Below, in pieces: positions 8,316 through 17,505 of a DNA stretch of 64,000 nucleotides. Source of the DNA: Candidatus Aenigmatarchaeota archaeon (GTDB lineage: Archaea; EX4484-52); contig JAGLPV010000015.1 in the NCBI GenBank assembly GCA_023137195.1, positions 27,075 through 91,074 of the forward strand, given 5' to 3'. The notes beneath the pieces are model-generated. The model did not search any database, was not told the origin of the DNA, and was given only the letters and a program-made list of their open reading frames with translations. The translations under genes and the position numbers were made by a program. Position 1 is the stretch's first letter. Each line of letters opens with the position of its first letter.

Positions 8316-9692
8316 ATGGATATTTTGAATAACACAATAAAAAAAATAAGCCCATCACAAAAAGAAACAGACGAACTAAACTATTTGTTCCGGGAAATAA
8401 AAAAATACATCCTGTCTAAATACAATATAAATGCCGAATTAATGGGTTCTGTCGCAAAAAACACTTTTTTGAAAAACAACAACGACCTAGATATATTTAT
8501 CTTTTTTGACAAGTCGACTTCTCTTGATGATTTAGAAAAAGAAGCTCTTCAAATAGGCAAAGATGCATTTGAACATTTCGATGGCAGTTGGCAGATAGAC
8601 TATGCATCCCACCCATACACAAAAGGGAAAATAAGAAATTACAAAGTAGAGATAGTTCCCTGCTATAAGATAAAGTCCATAAAAGAGATGATTTCGGCGG
8701 TGGACAGGACTCCTTTCCATACAAAATACATCATAAAAAACTTAGAACCTGCCAGAAGAAAAGACGTGCTTTTATTAAAGCAGTTCTTAAAAACAATAAA
8801 CTGCTATGGCTCTGACCTAAAGACAAAAGGCTTTGCCGGATATTTGTGCGAATTGCTGATTATAAAATATAAGACATTTGAAGGCGTATTAAATGAGTTT
8901 TCAGACCTAAAGAGAAATACAATAATATCTCTGTCGAACTCTTTAAACAACACCAAAAAAATCATTGAAAAATTCGATGCTCCGTTTATCTTCCTGGACC
9001 CTGTTGACAAGAACAGGAATGTTGCTGCATCTCTTAGCATTGACGTTCTTTTAAGGACAAAATACTACAGCCAACAATACCTGCAAAACCCGGGCGAAAT
9101 ATATTTCAACCCAACAAAATTTGAAAAGAAAACCGCTTCAAAAAAATCGCTAAAATCCCTCCTGGAAAATCGTCATTTTTATGTGCTGTGCTTTGAAAAG
9201 CCGGATTTAATCGAAGATATATTATATCCGCAATTAGAAAGGTTCAAGAATTCCCTTGAAAAATATGTTTTATCTAAAGAATTTCATCTGAATGATTGCT
9301 TTTTTGACTGCTGCCCAGAAAGTAATTTGTGCATAATTGGATTTGATTTTTTGACAGATGATTTGTCCTGCTTTTGTCACAGGAGAGGACCGGATATTTT
9401 TGCCCAGAAAGAAAAGACAGAAGGGTTCTTAAATAAGCATAAAAATGCATATTTATCCAACGGTAATTATATGTGCTTTGAAAAAAGAAAAATAACAAAT
9501 GCATGTGATTTAATCAATTCTGTAAAGAAAAAGGAAGCGCAAAAACAGATTGCAATCCCTAAAGAGATAGAAAAAACATTAAATAAAAGTTTTTGCGTCC
9601 TGGACATCAAAAGAATAGAAGAATATGTGAAATCCAATAAAATCAGTTCTAATGTCATTTGCAGGAATATTGCTGGCGGAAAAACAATCTGA
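8316..9692 (+). CDS. cca: CCA-adding enzyme (archaeal class I tRNA nucleotidyltransferase)
   Basis: Class I nucleotidyltransferase motif GSVAKNTFLKNNNDLDIFIFF, then RTPFHTKYI. 458 aa, typical of the archaeal enzyme. Confidence 0.85.
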   Translation: MDILNNTIKKISPSQKETDELNYLFREIKKYILSKYNINAELMGSVAKNTFLKNNNDLDIFIFFDKSTSLDDLEKEALQIGKDAFEHFDGSWQIDYASHPYTKGKIRNYKVEIVPCYKIKSIKEMISAVDRTPFHTKYIIKNLEPARRKDVLLLKQFLKTINCYGSDLKTKGFAGYLCELLIIKYKTFEGVLNEFSDLKRNTIISLSNSLNNTKKIIEKFDAPFIFLDPVDKNRNVAASLSIDVLLRTKYYSQQYLQNPGEIYFNPTKFEKKTASKKSLKSLLENRHFYVLCFEKPDLIEDILYPQLERFKNSLEKYVLSKEFHLNDCFFDCCPESNLCIIGFDFLTDDLSCFCHRRGPDIFAQKEKTEGFLNKHKNAYLSNGNYMCFEKRKITNACDLINSVKKKEAQKQIAIPKEIEKTLNKSFCVLDIKRIEEYVKSNKISSNVICRNIAGGKTI

Positions 9693-9696
9693 CCTC

Positions 9697-10848
9697 TTAG
9701 AGCAATCCAAGCAGGTACGGCAGTGCGATGAATGTAGCGATAGAACTTCCGATATTGGCAAATAAGACAACCAAAAGAATTCTTGAAATCCTGTTTTTCC
9801 AAAAACCACCCACACTTGTTAGTTGACTGAGTTTCTCAAAGTCCTTGACCTTTGGTTCTCTTAGTCTTGCCTCGACATATCCTCCAACAATGCCTGCAGC
9901 TATTGTAGGATTGAGGGACGTGAACGGAGCGGCAAAGAAGACAGCTATTATTGTGAGTGGATGTGGGAGGCTGAAAGATACTGCCAATGCACTAAGCACA
10001 CCATTGATAATAAACCAGTACCATATCATCGAGAGAGCAACATCTGTTGATTTGCCGAAAGCAAAACCAGCCAATATTATTCCAATGACTATTGCAGGAA
10101 TCAAATAATTTATTGTCTTTAATAATTTCGATTTTTTTGGGATTTTTTCAAGCGGTTTTATGTCCTGTTTTTTTTTCAGGTGTTTTTTTATGCCTTTTAT
10201 ATGCCCTGCCCCGACTACTGCAACTATTTTTTTGCCTTTTGAGTCAAGTATTTTGTTTGCGATGTAGATATCTCTTTCATCAATTAGAACTTTTTTTGCA
10301 TCAGGCATTTGTTTCCCTAGTTCCTCTACCATGTGACTCATCATGTCTTTTGCTTTCATTTCCTCAATTGTTTTTTCATCCACTTCTTCTGAAATGATGA
10401 GTCCTTCCATAAGCCCGTAGAATAATTTTGCTTTTTCAGTAAATTTTGCTTTTGACCATGCTCTCTTTAGGGTAATCTGGATGTCCCTGTCGAGCAGGGC
10501 AATTTTTGCCTTTTGCTTTTTTGCGGCATTGATTGCCTCAATCATCTCTGCCCCGGGTATCACTTCAACATTTGCGCCCATTCTTTTTTGAAATATTCCA
10601 AGAAGCAGGTTTGTCAAAAATAAGTATGTCTTGCCTTCTTTAATGATTTGCGTGATTTTTGTGTTCTGCCATTTCTTCTTGTCTGTCAATGTCTTGTACC
10701 TGTTTTCGCACAGTTCTACTCCAACAACATCCGGCTTTTCCTTTTTAATTGTTTCATTGACGAGTTCTACGCTTTTTTTTGAGATATGGGCAGTCCCAAC
10801 CAGGATTATTTCCTTGTCCTTTAGTTTTATCCTGTCGATATTATTCAT
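9697..10848 (-). CDS. TraB/PrgY-family protein with C-terminal membrane domain
   Basis: N-terminal ILVGTAHISKKSVELV...PDVVGVELCENR is the TraB family signature. The C-terminal part is hydrophobic with several TM segments. Confidence 0.8.
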   Translation of the reverse strand: MNNIDRIKLKDKEIILVGTAHISKKSVELVNETIKKEKPDVVGVELCENRYKTLTDKKKWQNTKITQIIKEGKTYLFLTNLLLGIFQKRMGANVEVIPGAEMIEAINAAKKQKAKIALLDRDIQITLKRAWSKAKFTEKAKLFYGLMEGLIISEEVDEKTIEEMKAKDMMSHMVEELGKQMPDAKKVLIDERDIYIANKILDSKGKKIVAVVGAGHIKGIKKHLKKKQDIKPLEKIPKKSKLLKTINYLIPAIVIGIILAGFAFGKSTDVALSMIWYWFIINGVLSALAVSFSLPHPLTIIAVFFAAPFTSLNPTIAAGIVGGYVEARLREPKVKDFEKLSQLTSVGGFWKNRISRILLVVLFANIGSSIATFIALPYLLGLL

Positions 10849-10879
10849 ATTCTTTTAAATCTAATTTGTTTAAAAATAT

Positions 10880-11866
10880 ATGCAAATAAAATGTCTGGGG
10901 ATTGAGTCTACTGCACATACATTCGGAGCAGGCGTGGTGTCTTTTAACGGCGAGGATAAATTCGAGATTTTATCGAGTCAAAAGGCCTGCTACTTTGAAA
11001 AAGAAGGTATCCGACCTACCCTGGCAGCCCAGCACCATACGCAAAAAGCGCCGGAGACAATAAAGGTTGCATTGAAAGAAGCAGACATGAAAATGACAGA
11101 TATAGATATAATTGCTTATTCAATCGGTCCGGGAATGACCCCGTGCCTGATTGTCGGTTCAACAGCAGCCAAGATTCTGGCATTAAAGCACAAAAAGCCA
11201 TTGGTGGCTGTGAATCATTGTGTCGCCCACATAGATATTGCAAAAGAAATGACCGAATGCAAAGAGGCATTTGTCGCTGTTTTTGTCTCAGGAGGAAATT
11301 CCCAGATACTCTCGAAAACAGAAGGCAGATACAGGATTTTCGGGGAGACGCAGGATATTGCTGTTGGAAATGCAATAGACAAGTTTGCAAGAAGTGTTGA
11401 TTTAGGATTTCCCGGCGGTCCGGTAGTGGAAAAATTAGCAAAAGACGGCAAATACATAGGACTGCCTTATTCAGTAAAAGGTTGCGATTTCTCATTCGCC
11501 GGCATTGAGACCCAGGCAGAAAGGACATTAAAGACCAATAGAATTGAGGATGTATGCTATTCTATGCAGGAAGTTATGTTCTCTGCTATTTGCGAGAGTG
11601 CAGAGCGGGTTCTGGGACATTTAAAACTAAAGACTCTTGTTTTATGCGGCGGCGTTGCAAGAAACAAGACACTACAGGAAAAATTAAAGATAATGACCTC
11701 TGAGCGGGATGCAAAAGTGTTTTGTGTCCCTGGTGAATATGCGGGCGACAATGGGGCGATGATTGCAATTACCGGGATTAAAAATTATCTAAAGAAAATA
11801 AATTGTTTTGATAAAAAAGATATTCGCAAAACAGCAGTAATTCCAAAAATAAGGATTGACCAGTGA
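10880..11866 (+). CDS. kae1: tRNA N6-adenosine threonylcarbamoyltransferase Kae1 (stand-alone, not fused to Bud32)
   Basis: CLGIESTAHTFGAGVV, VNHCVAHI (His pair), SGGNSQ and GDNGAMIA motifs. 328 aa. Confidence 0.9.
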   Translation: MQIKCLGIESTAHTFGAGVVSFNGEDKFEILSSQKACYFEKEGIRPTLAAQHHTQKAPETIKVALKEADMKMTDIDIIAYSIGPGMTPCLIVGSTAAKILALKHKKPLVAVNHCVAHIDIAKEMTECKEAFVAVFVSGGNSQILSKTEGRYRIFGETQDIAVGNAIDKFARSVDLGFPGGPVVEKLAKDGKYIGLPYSVKGCDFSFAGIETQAERTLKTNRIEDVCYSMQEVMFSAICESAERVLGHLKLKTLVLCGGVARNKTLQEKLKIMTSERDAKVFCVPGEYAGDNGAMIAITGIKNYLKKINCFDKKDIRKTAVIPKIRIDQ

Positions 11867-11879
11867 AATGAGTTTGTTT

Positions 11880-12278
11880 TTATTTTTTACCGACTGTTTC
11901 TCTTAGTTCCTTTTGCATATCTATGACTTTTTGCCTTAGTTCAGAATACATTTTTTTGATGGACTCTTCCTGTTTGGTTAGTTGTTTTTGTCTCAGGGTT
12001 ATTTTATCCTTTTCTTCTTCAAGCTCTGTCTTAATTTCATCAAATGGTTTTTTCAACAGAATCATGCCGTAGAATCGATATACTTCTTTTGGCTTTTTTT
12101 TCAACTCTTCCATGGAAATTTCTATTCCTTTCATGTCAAGATTCATCTTCTCGTTTGTATACATTATATTTGAGAGCATCTTTTCATATTTTTGCAAAGC
12201 AACGATATTTTCCCTCAATTGGGATTCGCATTGTTTGGCTTCTGCCTGGTTTGTTTTTATGTGAATATCTTGTTCCAT
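11880..12278 (-). CDS. pfdB: Prefoldin beta subunit-like coiled-coil protein
   Basis: 132 aa with two heptad-rich helices flanking EVYRFYGMILLKKPFDEIKTELEE, which fits the beta-hairpin region of prefoldin beta. Confidence 0.6.
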   Translation of the reverse strand: MEQDIHIKTNQAEAKQCESQLRENIVALQKYEKMLSNIMYTNEKMNLDMKGIEISMEELKKKPKEVYRFYGMILLKKPFDEIKTELEEEKDKITLRQKQLTKQEESIKKMYSELRQKVIDMQKELRETVGKK

Positions 12279-12308
12279 AGACTAATATAATCAAAGAATA
12301 ATTTAAAT

Positions 12309-13331
12309 TTATCCATTTAGGTAATCTTTCCTTCTTGCAAATAGAGACAAAAACATTAGTCCTACAGATAAAAACATTACCGGGAACTCAGGAATTATCG
12401 TTAAGGGAAGAAAATCTATATTGTCTCCTCCACTTATATTGTGGGGTATTTCGCCAAATCCATCGCCGTCTGTGTCAGGATATGGATAATCCGAGAAGTA
12501 ATTTCCTCCAATGTATGGTCCCCCGATTATGTTTGGTCCTGTTGAGTTTGTTGTGTTCCAGGAATTGCTTCCTGTATCTATTGCATTGCATGTATTGTTG
12601 GCAAAGATATTGTTGAATATAAGATTAGAGTTGCAGTTTGATGTAAGGTAAACCCCTTTGAATGCATTATATGATACCTTGTTGTCATTCACTTCATTAT
12701 TGTCTGAAGAACTCTGGAATTTTATCCCCTGCATATTGTTGTAGATGGTGTTGTATTCTATGTCATTGTTATTGCTTTCTCCAACAAAAATACCGTCAAG
12801 AGTATTGTGGTGTATTTCATTATTATAGATGTGTCCTTGGTTTGTTTGCCAGAACTTGATGCCGTATCCAAACAGGTGATAATATATTTCATTGTCATAT
12901 ATTTTGGTATTTGTACTTCCAGTGAATAAAACGCCCGTCATTTTATTGTGGTATATTTCGTTATTGTGTATGGCTGCGTTGTTTGTATTATGGAATTCAA
13001 TAGCATAATCCCACATTTTGATTTCGCAGTTCTTTACAGTACTGTTTTCCATCTCAGAATATACAGCTGCGCTTATTACTGTGGTTAATTTGCCTTGTAT
13101 AGAATAATTGGCGGGGTCATAGAGCATATATCCTTTGCAGTCAAAGGTTACATTGTCTGCCTGTATATCTATGCATTTTCTTATAGGTCCTGTGATTATA
13201 TCTCCAGTCATGTAATATTCTCCAGGAGTAGTTATTGTTGTACAGCCGGTAATCGCTGTAGCAGCACTTGCCGTCTGCAAAAGCATAGAACTGATTATCA
13301 AAATAGTTAGAATAAATATTGTTTTTTTCAT
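12309..13331 (-). CDS. Secreted right-handed beta-helix (NosD/PbH1-like) protein with PEF-CTERM-like tail, paralog 1
   Basis: Signal peptide MKKTIFILTILIISSMLLQTASA. Repetitive N-rich beta-helix turns (NNEIYHN.., YNNEIHHN..). GPNIIGGPYIGGNYFSDY..DTDGDGFGE, then PEFPVMFLSVGLMFLSLFARRK. The track start 13340 is GTG; the ATG is at 13331. Confidence 0.75.
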   Translation of the reverse strand: MKKTIFILTILIISSMLLQTASAATAITGCTTITTPGEYYMTGDIITGPIRKCIDIQADNVTFDCKGYMLYDPANYSIQGKLTTVISAAVYSEMENSTVKNCEIKMWDYAIEFHNTNNAAIHNNEIYHNKMTGVLFTGSTNTKIYDNEIYYHLFGYGIKFWQTNQGHIYNNEIHHNTLDGIFVGESNNNDIEYNTIYNNMQGIKFQSSSDNNEVNDNKVSYNAFKGVYLTSNCNSNLIFNNIFANNTCNAIDTGSNSWNTTNSTGPNIIGGPYIGGNYFSDYPYPDTDGDGFGEIPHNISGGDNIDFLPLTIIPEFPVMFLSVGLMFLSLFARRKDYLNG

Positions 13332-13381
13332 AGATACCACTTATTGTTACCATTATTAGGTAGTAAATTATAAAAAGATAA

Positions 13382-14584
13382 TCATTTGAAGGAACAGCAT
13401 CCATTTGCTCTTCTTGCAAACAAAGACAAAAACACAATCCCGAATGATAAAAATATTGTCGGAACTTCAGGAATCAGAGGAAGATTATCCTGGCTGTATC
13501 CTCCCTCAATATCATAATGTGTTTCTCCGAAGCCGTCTCCATCTGTATCATTGCCGGGATAGTCCGAAAAGTAATTTCCTCCAATGTATGGTCCCCCGAT
13601 TATGTTTGGTCCGCTCTGGTTTACAGCATTCCATGTATTGGCACTCAGGTACTCTTTAGTATTGTTTACATTGTCAAAGTAATTGTTGTAAATCAGGTTG
13701 TTATTTGATCTATCTATGTGTATGCCATTCCACCCGTTGTTTTGCACGATATTGCTTCTTATTGTATTATCTTCACTTTCCTGTTTGACATATATTCCTT
13801 TCTTTATGTTATTTTTGACGATATTGCTTTTCACAAGATTGTTGGTGCAATAATTTTGCAGTATGATTCCGTATTGGTTTTCTGATGCGTTGTTGTCTAT
13901 CACGCTGTTTTGATTGTTTGAAGAAAATAAATATATTCCATTGTAATTGTCATACACTGTATTGTTTGATACTATGTTGTGAGTGGATAAGGTCAGGTAA
14001 ATGCCCTCGTCGTTATCATATACATCATTAGCCGATATGTTGTTGTTGCCGCAGTAAGACATATATATGCCTTTTTCGTTCAATAGCATAGTATTGTCTT
14101 TCACTATGCAGTTTTGTGAATATCCCATGCATATACCTTTGTTGTTTGATTCAACATTGTTGTTTTTTACCATTAGATTATCTGAATGCCATGTGTGGAT
14201 TCCAAAGTAGTTGTCTGAAACATTGTTGTCTGTCAATGTATTGTTGTCTGCGTTATTTAGGTATATTCCATATCTCCAGTCAGTGACTACGCAGTTTTTT
14301 ATTGTGATGTTTGTATCTGTTGCAGATGTTCTGTCAATGAGTATTCCTTTTGTCGTATAACTGTCGACCCCGTCAATTATATTGTTCTGGCAGTCCAGGA
14401 CGACGTTATTTGCTGTTATGTCAATACATACTGTATTTCCGGAATTAATTATATTACTGCTTAAGTAATATTCCCCGGGAGAAGTTATTGTTGTGCATGA
14501 AGTAATCGCTGTAGCAGCACTTGCTGTCTGCAAAAGCATAGAACTGATTATCAAAACAGTCAGAATAAATATTGTTTTTTTCAT
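13382..14584 (-). CDS. Secreted beta-helix protein with PEx-CTERM-like tail, paralog 2
   Basis: Near-identical signal peptide and first beta-helix turn, a longer repeat core, and the same GPNIIGGPYIGGNYFSDYPGNDTDGDGFGE block. The tail is PEVPTIFLSFGIVFLSLFARR. Confidence 0.75.
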   Translation of the reverse strand: MKKTIFILTVLIISSMLLQTASAATAITSCTTITSPGEYYLSSNIINSGNTVCIDITANNVVLDCQNNIIDGVDSYTTKGILIDRTSATDTNITIKNCVVTDWRYGIYLNNADNNTLTDNNVSDNYFGIHTWHSDNLMVKNNNVESNNKGICMGYSQNCIVKDNTMLLNEKGIYMSYCGNNNISANDVYDNDEGIYLTLSTHNIVSNNTVYDNYNGIYLFSSNNQNSVIDNNASENQYGIILQNYCTNNLVKSNIVKNNIKKGIYVKQESEDNTIRSNIVQNNGWNGIHIDRSNNNLIYNNYFDNVNNTKEYLSANTWNAVNQSGPNIIGGPYIGGNYFSDYPGNDTDGDGFGETHYDIEGGYSQDNLPLIPEVPTIFLSFGIVFLSLFARRANGCCSFK

Positions 14585-14650
14585 TGTATTACTCCTTATT
14601 GTTACTATTATAGGGTGGTAAATTATAAAAAGATGAGGGTATTGAAGCCA

Positions 14651-15505
14651 TTAAATAAGATTTCTTCTTGCAAACAGGGACAAAAACATTAGTCCTACGG
14701 ATAAAAACATTGCCGGGAATTCGGGAATAACCAGCGGAAGATAATCCCTGTTTTGTCCGCCAATATTATCATAAGGTGTTTCTCCAAATCCATCTCCGTT
14801 TTCGTCAACTCCATCATAGTCAGAGTAGTAATTTCCCCCGATATAAGGACCGCCTATTATATTTGGTCCTGTTGAGTTTGTTGTGTTCCAGAAGTTGTTT
14901 CCCTTTCCTGCATCCTTCCCGTCATGGTTATTGCCGGCAAGATAGTTGTTGTAGATTAGGTTTGAAAAGCAATTGCTTTCAACATAAATCCCGTTAATTT
15001 TATTGTAGGTTGCAATATTGTTTTTTATCTCATTTTCATTGGAATTATCGTTAAGTTTTATTCCATACTGGTTGTAGCTTGCGTTGTTGTCCGACAGGAC
15101 GTTGTATTTGCTTTCTTTCAAAAGAATGCCGCTTGCCTTATTTGAATATGGTTCATTGTTGTGGATTGTTCCGTTGTTTGCATTGTAAAAGACGATGCCG
15201 TTATTCCAGTCGCTGACAATGCAGTTTTTTATAGTAGTCATATTCTGGTTTGAATATATGCCATAAGTATTTGATTTGCCTGTTCCGTCAATAACATTAT
15301 CTCCACAGTCCAGAGTAATATTTTTTGCCGTTATTTCAATGCATTTTCCTGCACCAGAGTTATCAATTATGCTCTCATTCAAATAATAATGCTCGTTTTC
15401 TACATTGAGTGTTTGGCATTTGTTGATATTTTCCAAAGCATCAACATTTTGCAAAAGCAAAAGACTCATCATTAAGACACATGCGAGAAACGTCTTTTTA
15501 TTCAT
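14651..15505 (-). CDS. Secreted beta-helix protein with PEF-CTERM-like tail, paralog 3
   Basis: Divergent signal peptide (MNKKTFLACVLMMSLLLLQNVDA) but the same C-terminal block and PEFPAMFLSVGLMFLSLFARR. Its ATG overlaps the stop of the upstream paralog (ATGA at 15502-15505). Confidence 0.75.
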   Translation of the reverse strand: MNKKTFLACVLMMSLLLLQNVDALENINKCQTLNVENEHYYLNESIIDNSGAGKCIEITAKNITLDCGDNVIDGTGKSNTYGIYSNQNMTTIKNCIVSDWNNGIVFYNANNGTIHNNEPYSNKASGILLKESKYNVLSDNNASYNQYGIKLNDNSNENEIKNNIATYNKINGIYVESNCFSNLIYNNYLAGNNHDGKDAGKGNNFWNTTNSTGPNIIGGPYIGGNYYSDYDGVDENGDGFGETPYDNIGGQNRDYLPLVIPEFPAMFLSVGLMFLSLFARRNLI

Positions 15506-16500
15506 AATAAACCATTTTTTCTTCTTACAAACAGAGACAAAAATATTAGTCCTACTGATAAAAACATTACAGGGAACTCGGGAATTACCAGAGGAAGATA
15601 ATCGCTGTTACATCCCCATTTAATTTTATATGGTGTTTCTCCAAAACCATCTCCATTTGTATCATTGCCGGTATAATCCGAGAAATAATTTCCCCCGATG
15701 TATGGTCCGCCAATTATGTTTGGTCCTGTCTGGTTTGTGGTATTCCATGAGTTTTTCCCATAGCTACGGTCAGAAGCACTATATGTATTGTTGGCCACAT
15801 AGTTGTTGAATATCCTGTTACTTATCGAATCACAGGATATGTGAATCCCGTTCAAAGCATTAAAAGAGATATTATTATTCCTGATTTCATTTTTGTCGGA
15901 ATCTGTTTGAACTGATATTCCATTTTCGTTATTGTGGATTGTGTTGTTTTTTACATTGTTCTGGTTGCTCCGGGATAAATAAATGCCGCTTCCTTCGTTA
16001 GAATGCATTTCATTGTCATATATATTTCCCCAATATGTCTTCCATAAATCAAGACCATGAGCTATTGTAGACCCGTGTATTTCATTATCATGTATATTCG
16101 GATATGTGCATTCCACCAGACGAATACCTGACATTTTGCAATAAAGTATATCATTATAGCTTATATTTGCGTTCTCTGTTCCACCTAAAGTAATCCCGGA
16201 AGACCATCCCCGGATAACGCAATTGGTGATAGTAACATCATCTTTTTCGGAAAATATCCCTGTGGTGGTGGAAAAGAACCCATTATAACGAATCATGTGA
16301 CCTTCGCAGTTTAATGTAACATTGTCTGCATTTATTTCAATGCATTTTTGCACACAGTTTGTGGTTATATCTCCTGACAGGTAATATTCTCCCGGAGAAG
16401 TTATTTTAGTACATGAAGTAATTGCTGTGGCGGCACTTGCCGTCTGCAAAAGCATAGAACTGATTATCATAACAGTCATAACAAATATTGTTTTTTTCAT
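15502..16500 (-). CDS. Secreted beta-helix protein with PEF-CTERM-like tail, paralog 4
   Basis: MKKTIFVMTVMIISSMLLQTASAATAITSC..., a beta-helix core, GPNIIGGPYIGGNYFSDYTGNDTNGDGFGE and PEFPVMFLSVGLIFLSLFVRRK. Confidence 0.75.
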   Translation of the reverse strand: MKKTIFVMTVMIISSMLLQTASAATAITSCTKITSPGEYYLSGDITTNCVQKCIEINADNVTLNCEGHMIRYNGFFSTTTGIFSEKDDVTITNCVIRGWSSGITLGGTENANISYNDILYCKMSGIRLVECTYPNIHDNEIHGSTIAHGLDLWKTYWGNIYDNEMHSNEGSGIYLSRSNQNNVKNNTIHNNENGISVQTDSDKNEIRNNNISFNALNGIHISCDSISNRIFNNYVANNTYSASDRSYGKNSWNTTNQTGPNIIGGPYIGGNYFSDYTGNDTNGDGFGETPYKIKWGCNSDYLPLVIPEFPVMFLSVGLIFLSLFVRRKNGLL

Positions 16501-16630
16501 TGTTATTCACCTTATATTCTGATACAATATTAAAAATTCTGCACAATAGCAGGAGTTTTATTGTAAATACCATTTATTGTTACTATTATATGGTGGTAAA
16601 TTATAAAAACATTCCTACCCGCGGACATAA

Positions 16631-16640
16631 TATTTATATA
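16631..16640 (+). promoter_or_regulatory. Candidate TATA box for purE
   Basis: tatttatata lies about 25 nt upstream of the ATG at 16662, which fits an archaeal short-leader promoter. Confidence 0.35.
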
Positions 16641-16661
16641 CTTTCTTTTTCTATTCCAATT

Positions 16662-17081
16662 ATGGATAATATAATTGCAATAATAATGGGCTCTGAGGGC
16701 GACAGGGATTTTGTAAAAAAGATAGAAGATGAATTGAAAGGATTTGATGCGGCTTTCCAGACGAAAGTGGCTTCTGCGCACAAGACGCCTGCTCTTGTAT
16801 TGAAGACAATTGCAGAATATGATAAAAAATATGATAATGTCGTCTATATAACTGTCGCGGGACTTTCAAATGGTCTTAGTGGTGTTGTTGCTGCCAATAC
16901 GAAAAATCCTGTGATTGCATGTCCTCCGTTGAATGACCAGAATTATATGATTGATGTTCATTCTACTCTTAGGATGCCTTCCAAAGTGCCTTCTATGTGC
17001 GTGCTGAATCCTAAAAACGCGGCTCTTGCGGCTGTAAGAATCCTTGCAATAGAAGATAAAAAGTTGAAAGAAAAATTATAA
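16662..17081 (+). CDS. purE: PurE-family (N5-)carboxyaminoimidazole ribonucleotide mutase/carboxylase
   Basis: IAIIMGSEGDRDF, ASAHKTPALV and ITVAGLSNGLSGVVAANTKNPVIACPP are PurE signatures. The track ORF start 16488 adds 58 aa of implausible AT-rich leader, so I use the internal ATG at 16662. Confidence 0.75.
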   Translation: MDNIIAIIMGSEGDRDFVKKIEDELKGFDAAFQTKVASAHKTPALVLKTIAEYDKKYDNVVYITVAGLSNGLSGVVAANTKNPVIACPPLNDQNYMIDVHSTLRMPSKVPSMCVLNPKNAALAAVRILAIEDKKLKEKL

Positions 17082-17483
17082 CCCAATCAAAACAACAGCC
17101 ACCGCACCAAACACAACCCCTAACCCCTGCGTAAAGCTTATTTTCTCTGCAAGGAAAAGCACCGCAATTATTGTTGTTATCAAAAAACTTAAACCCCTCA
17201 ATGTTGTTGCGACGCTTATTTTGCCAAGAGTGACAGAAGAAACAAACGCGATAAAAGCAAGACCTGCAATGACCCCGGCAATTGCCGAATATTCAAAACC
17301 TTTCATGGCGATATATTTTTGCCTGTAAAACACCCAGAAAAGAAAGATAGTAAATGTCATAAAACACGATACGACCAGGGTCAATGATACAGAATCAATG
17401 GACGGGCTTGCAAGCTTGTAAATGATGGCAGTTACGCCATAACCAATCATTGCAATAATGCCCAGTATAAAATATAGTTCCAT
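17076..17483 (-). CDS. Small EamA/DMT-type membrane protein
   Basis: 135 aa with four to five hydrophobic helices and a single EamA-like half-transporter layout. It converges on and overlaps purE by 6 nt. Confidence 0.5.
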   Translation of the reverse strand: MELYFILGIIAMIGYGVTAIIYKLASPSIDSVSLTLVVSCFMTFTIFLFWVFYRQKYIAMKGFEYSAIAGVIAGLAFIAFVSSVTLGKISVATTLRGLSFLITTIIAVLFLAEKISFTQGLGVVFGAVAVVLIGL

Positions 17484-17505
17484 TTTCTTGGTTGTTTACA
17501 AAATA

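Noticed and set aside
16488-16661. Long N-terminal extensions in track ORFs (purE from 16488, cupin from 19833, and TTG/GTG starts at 5211, 13340, 43643, 46173, 55252, 58027, 60058)
   Set aside because: The extensions are AT-rich junk or structured spacer, precede candidate TATA boxes, or use non-ATG codons where a nearby ATG gives a canonical N-terminus (signal peptide or Rossmann start).
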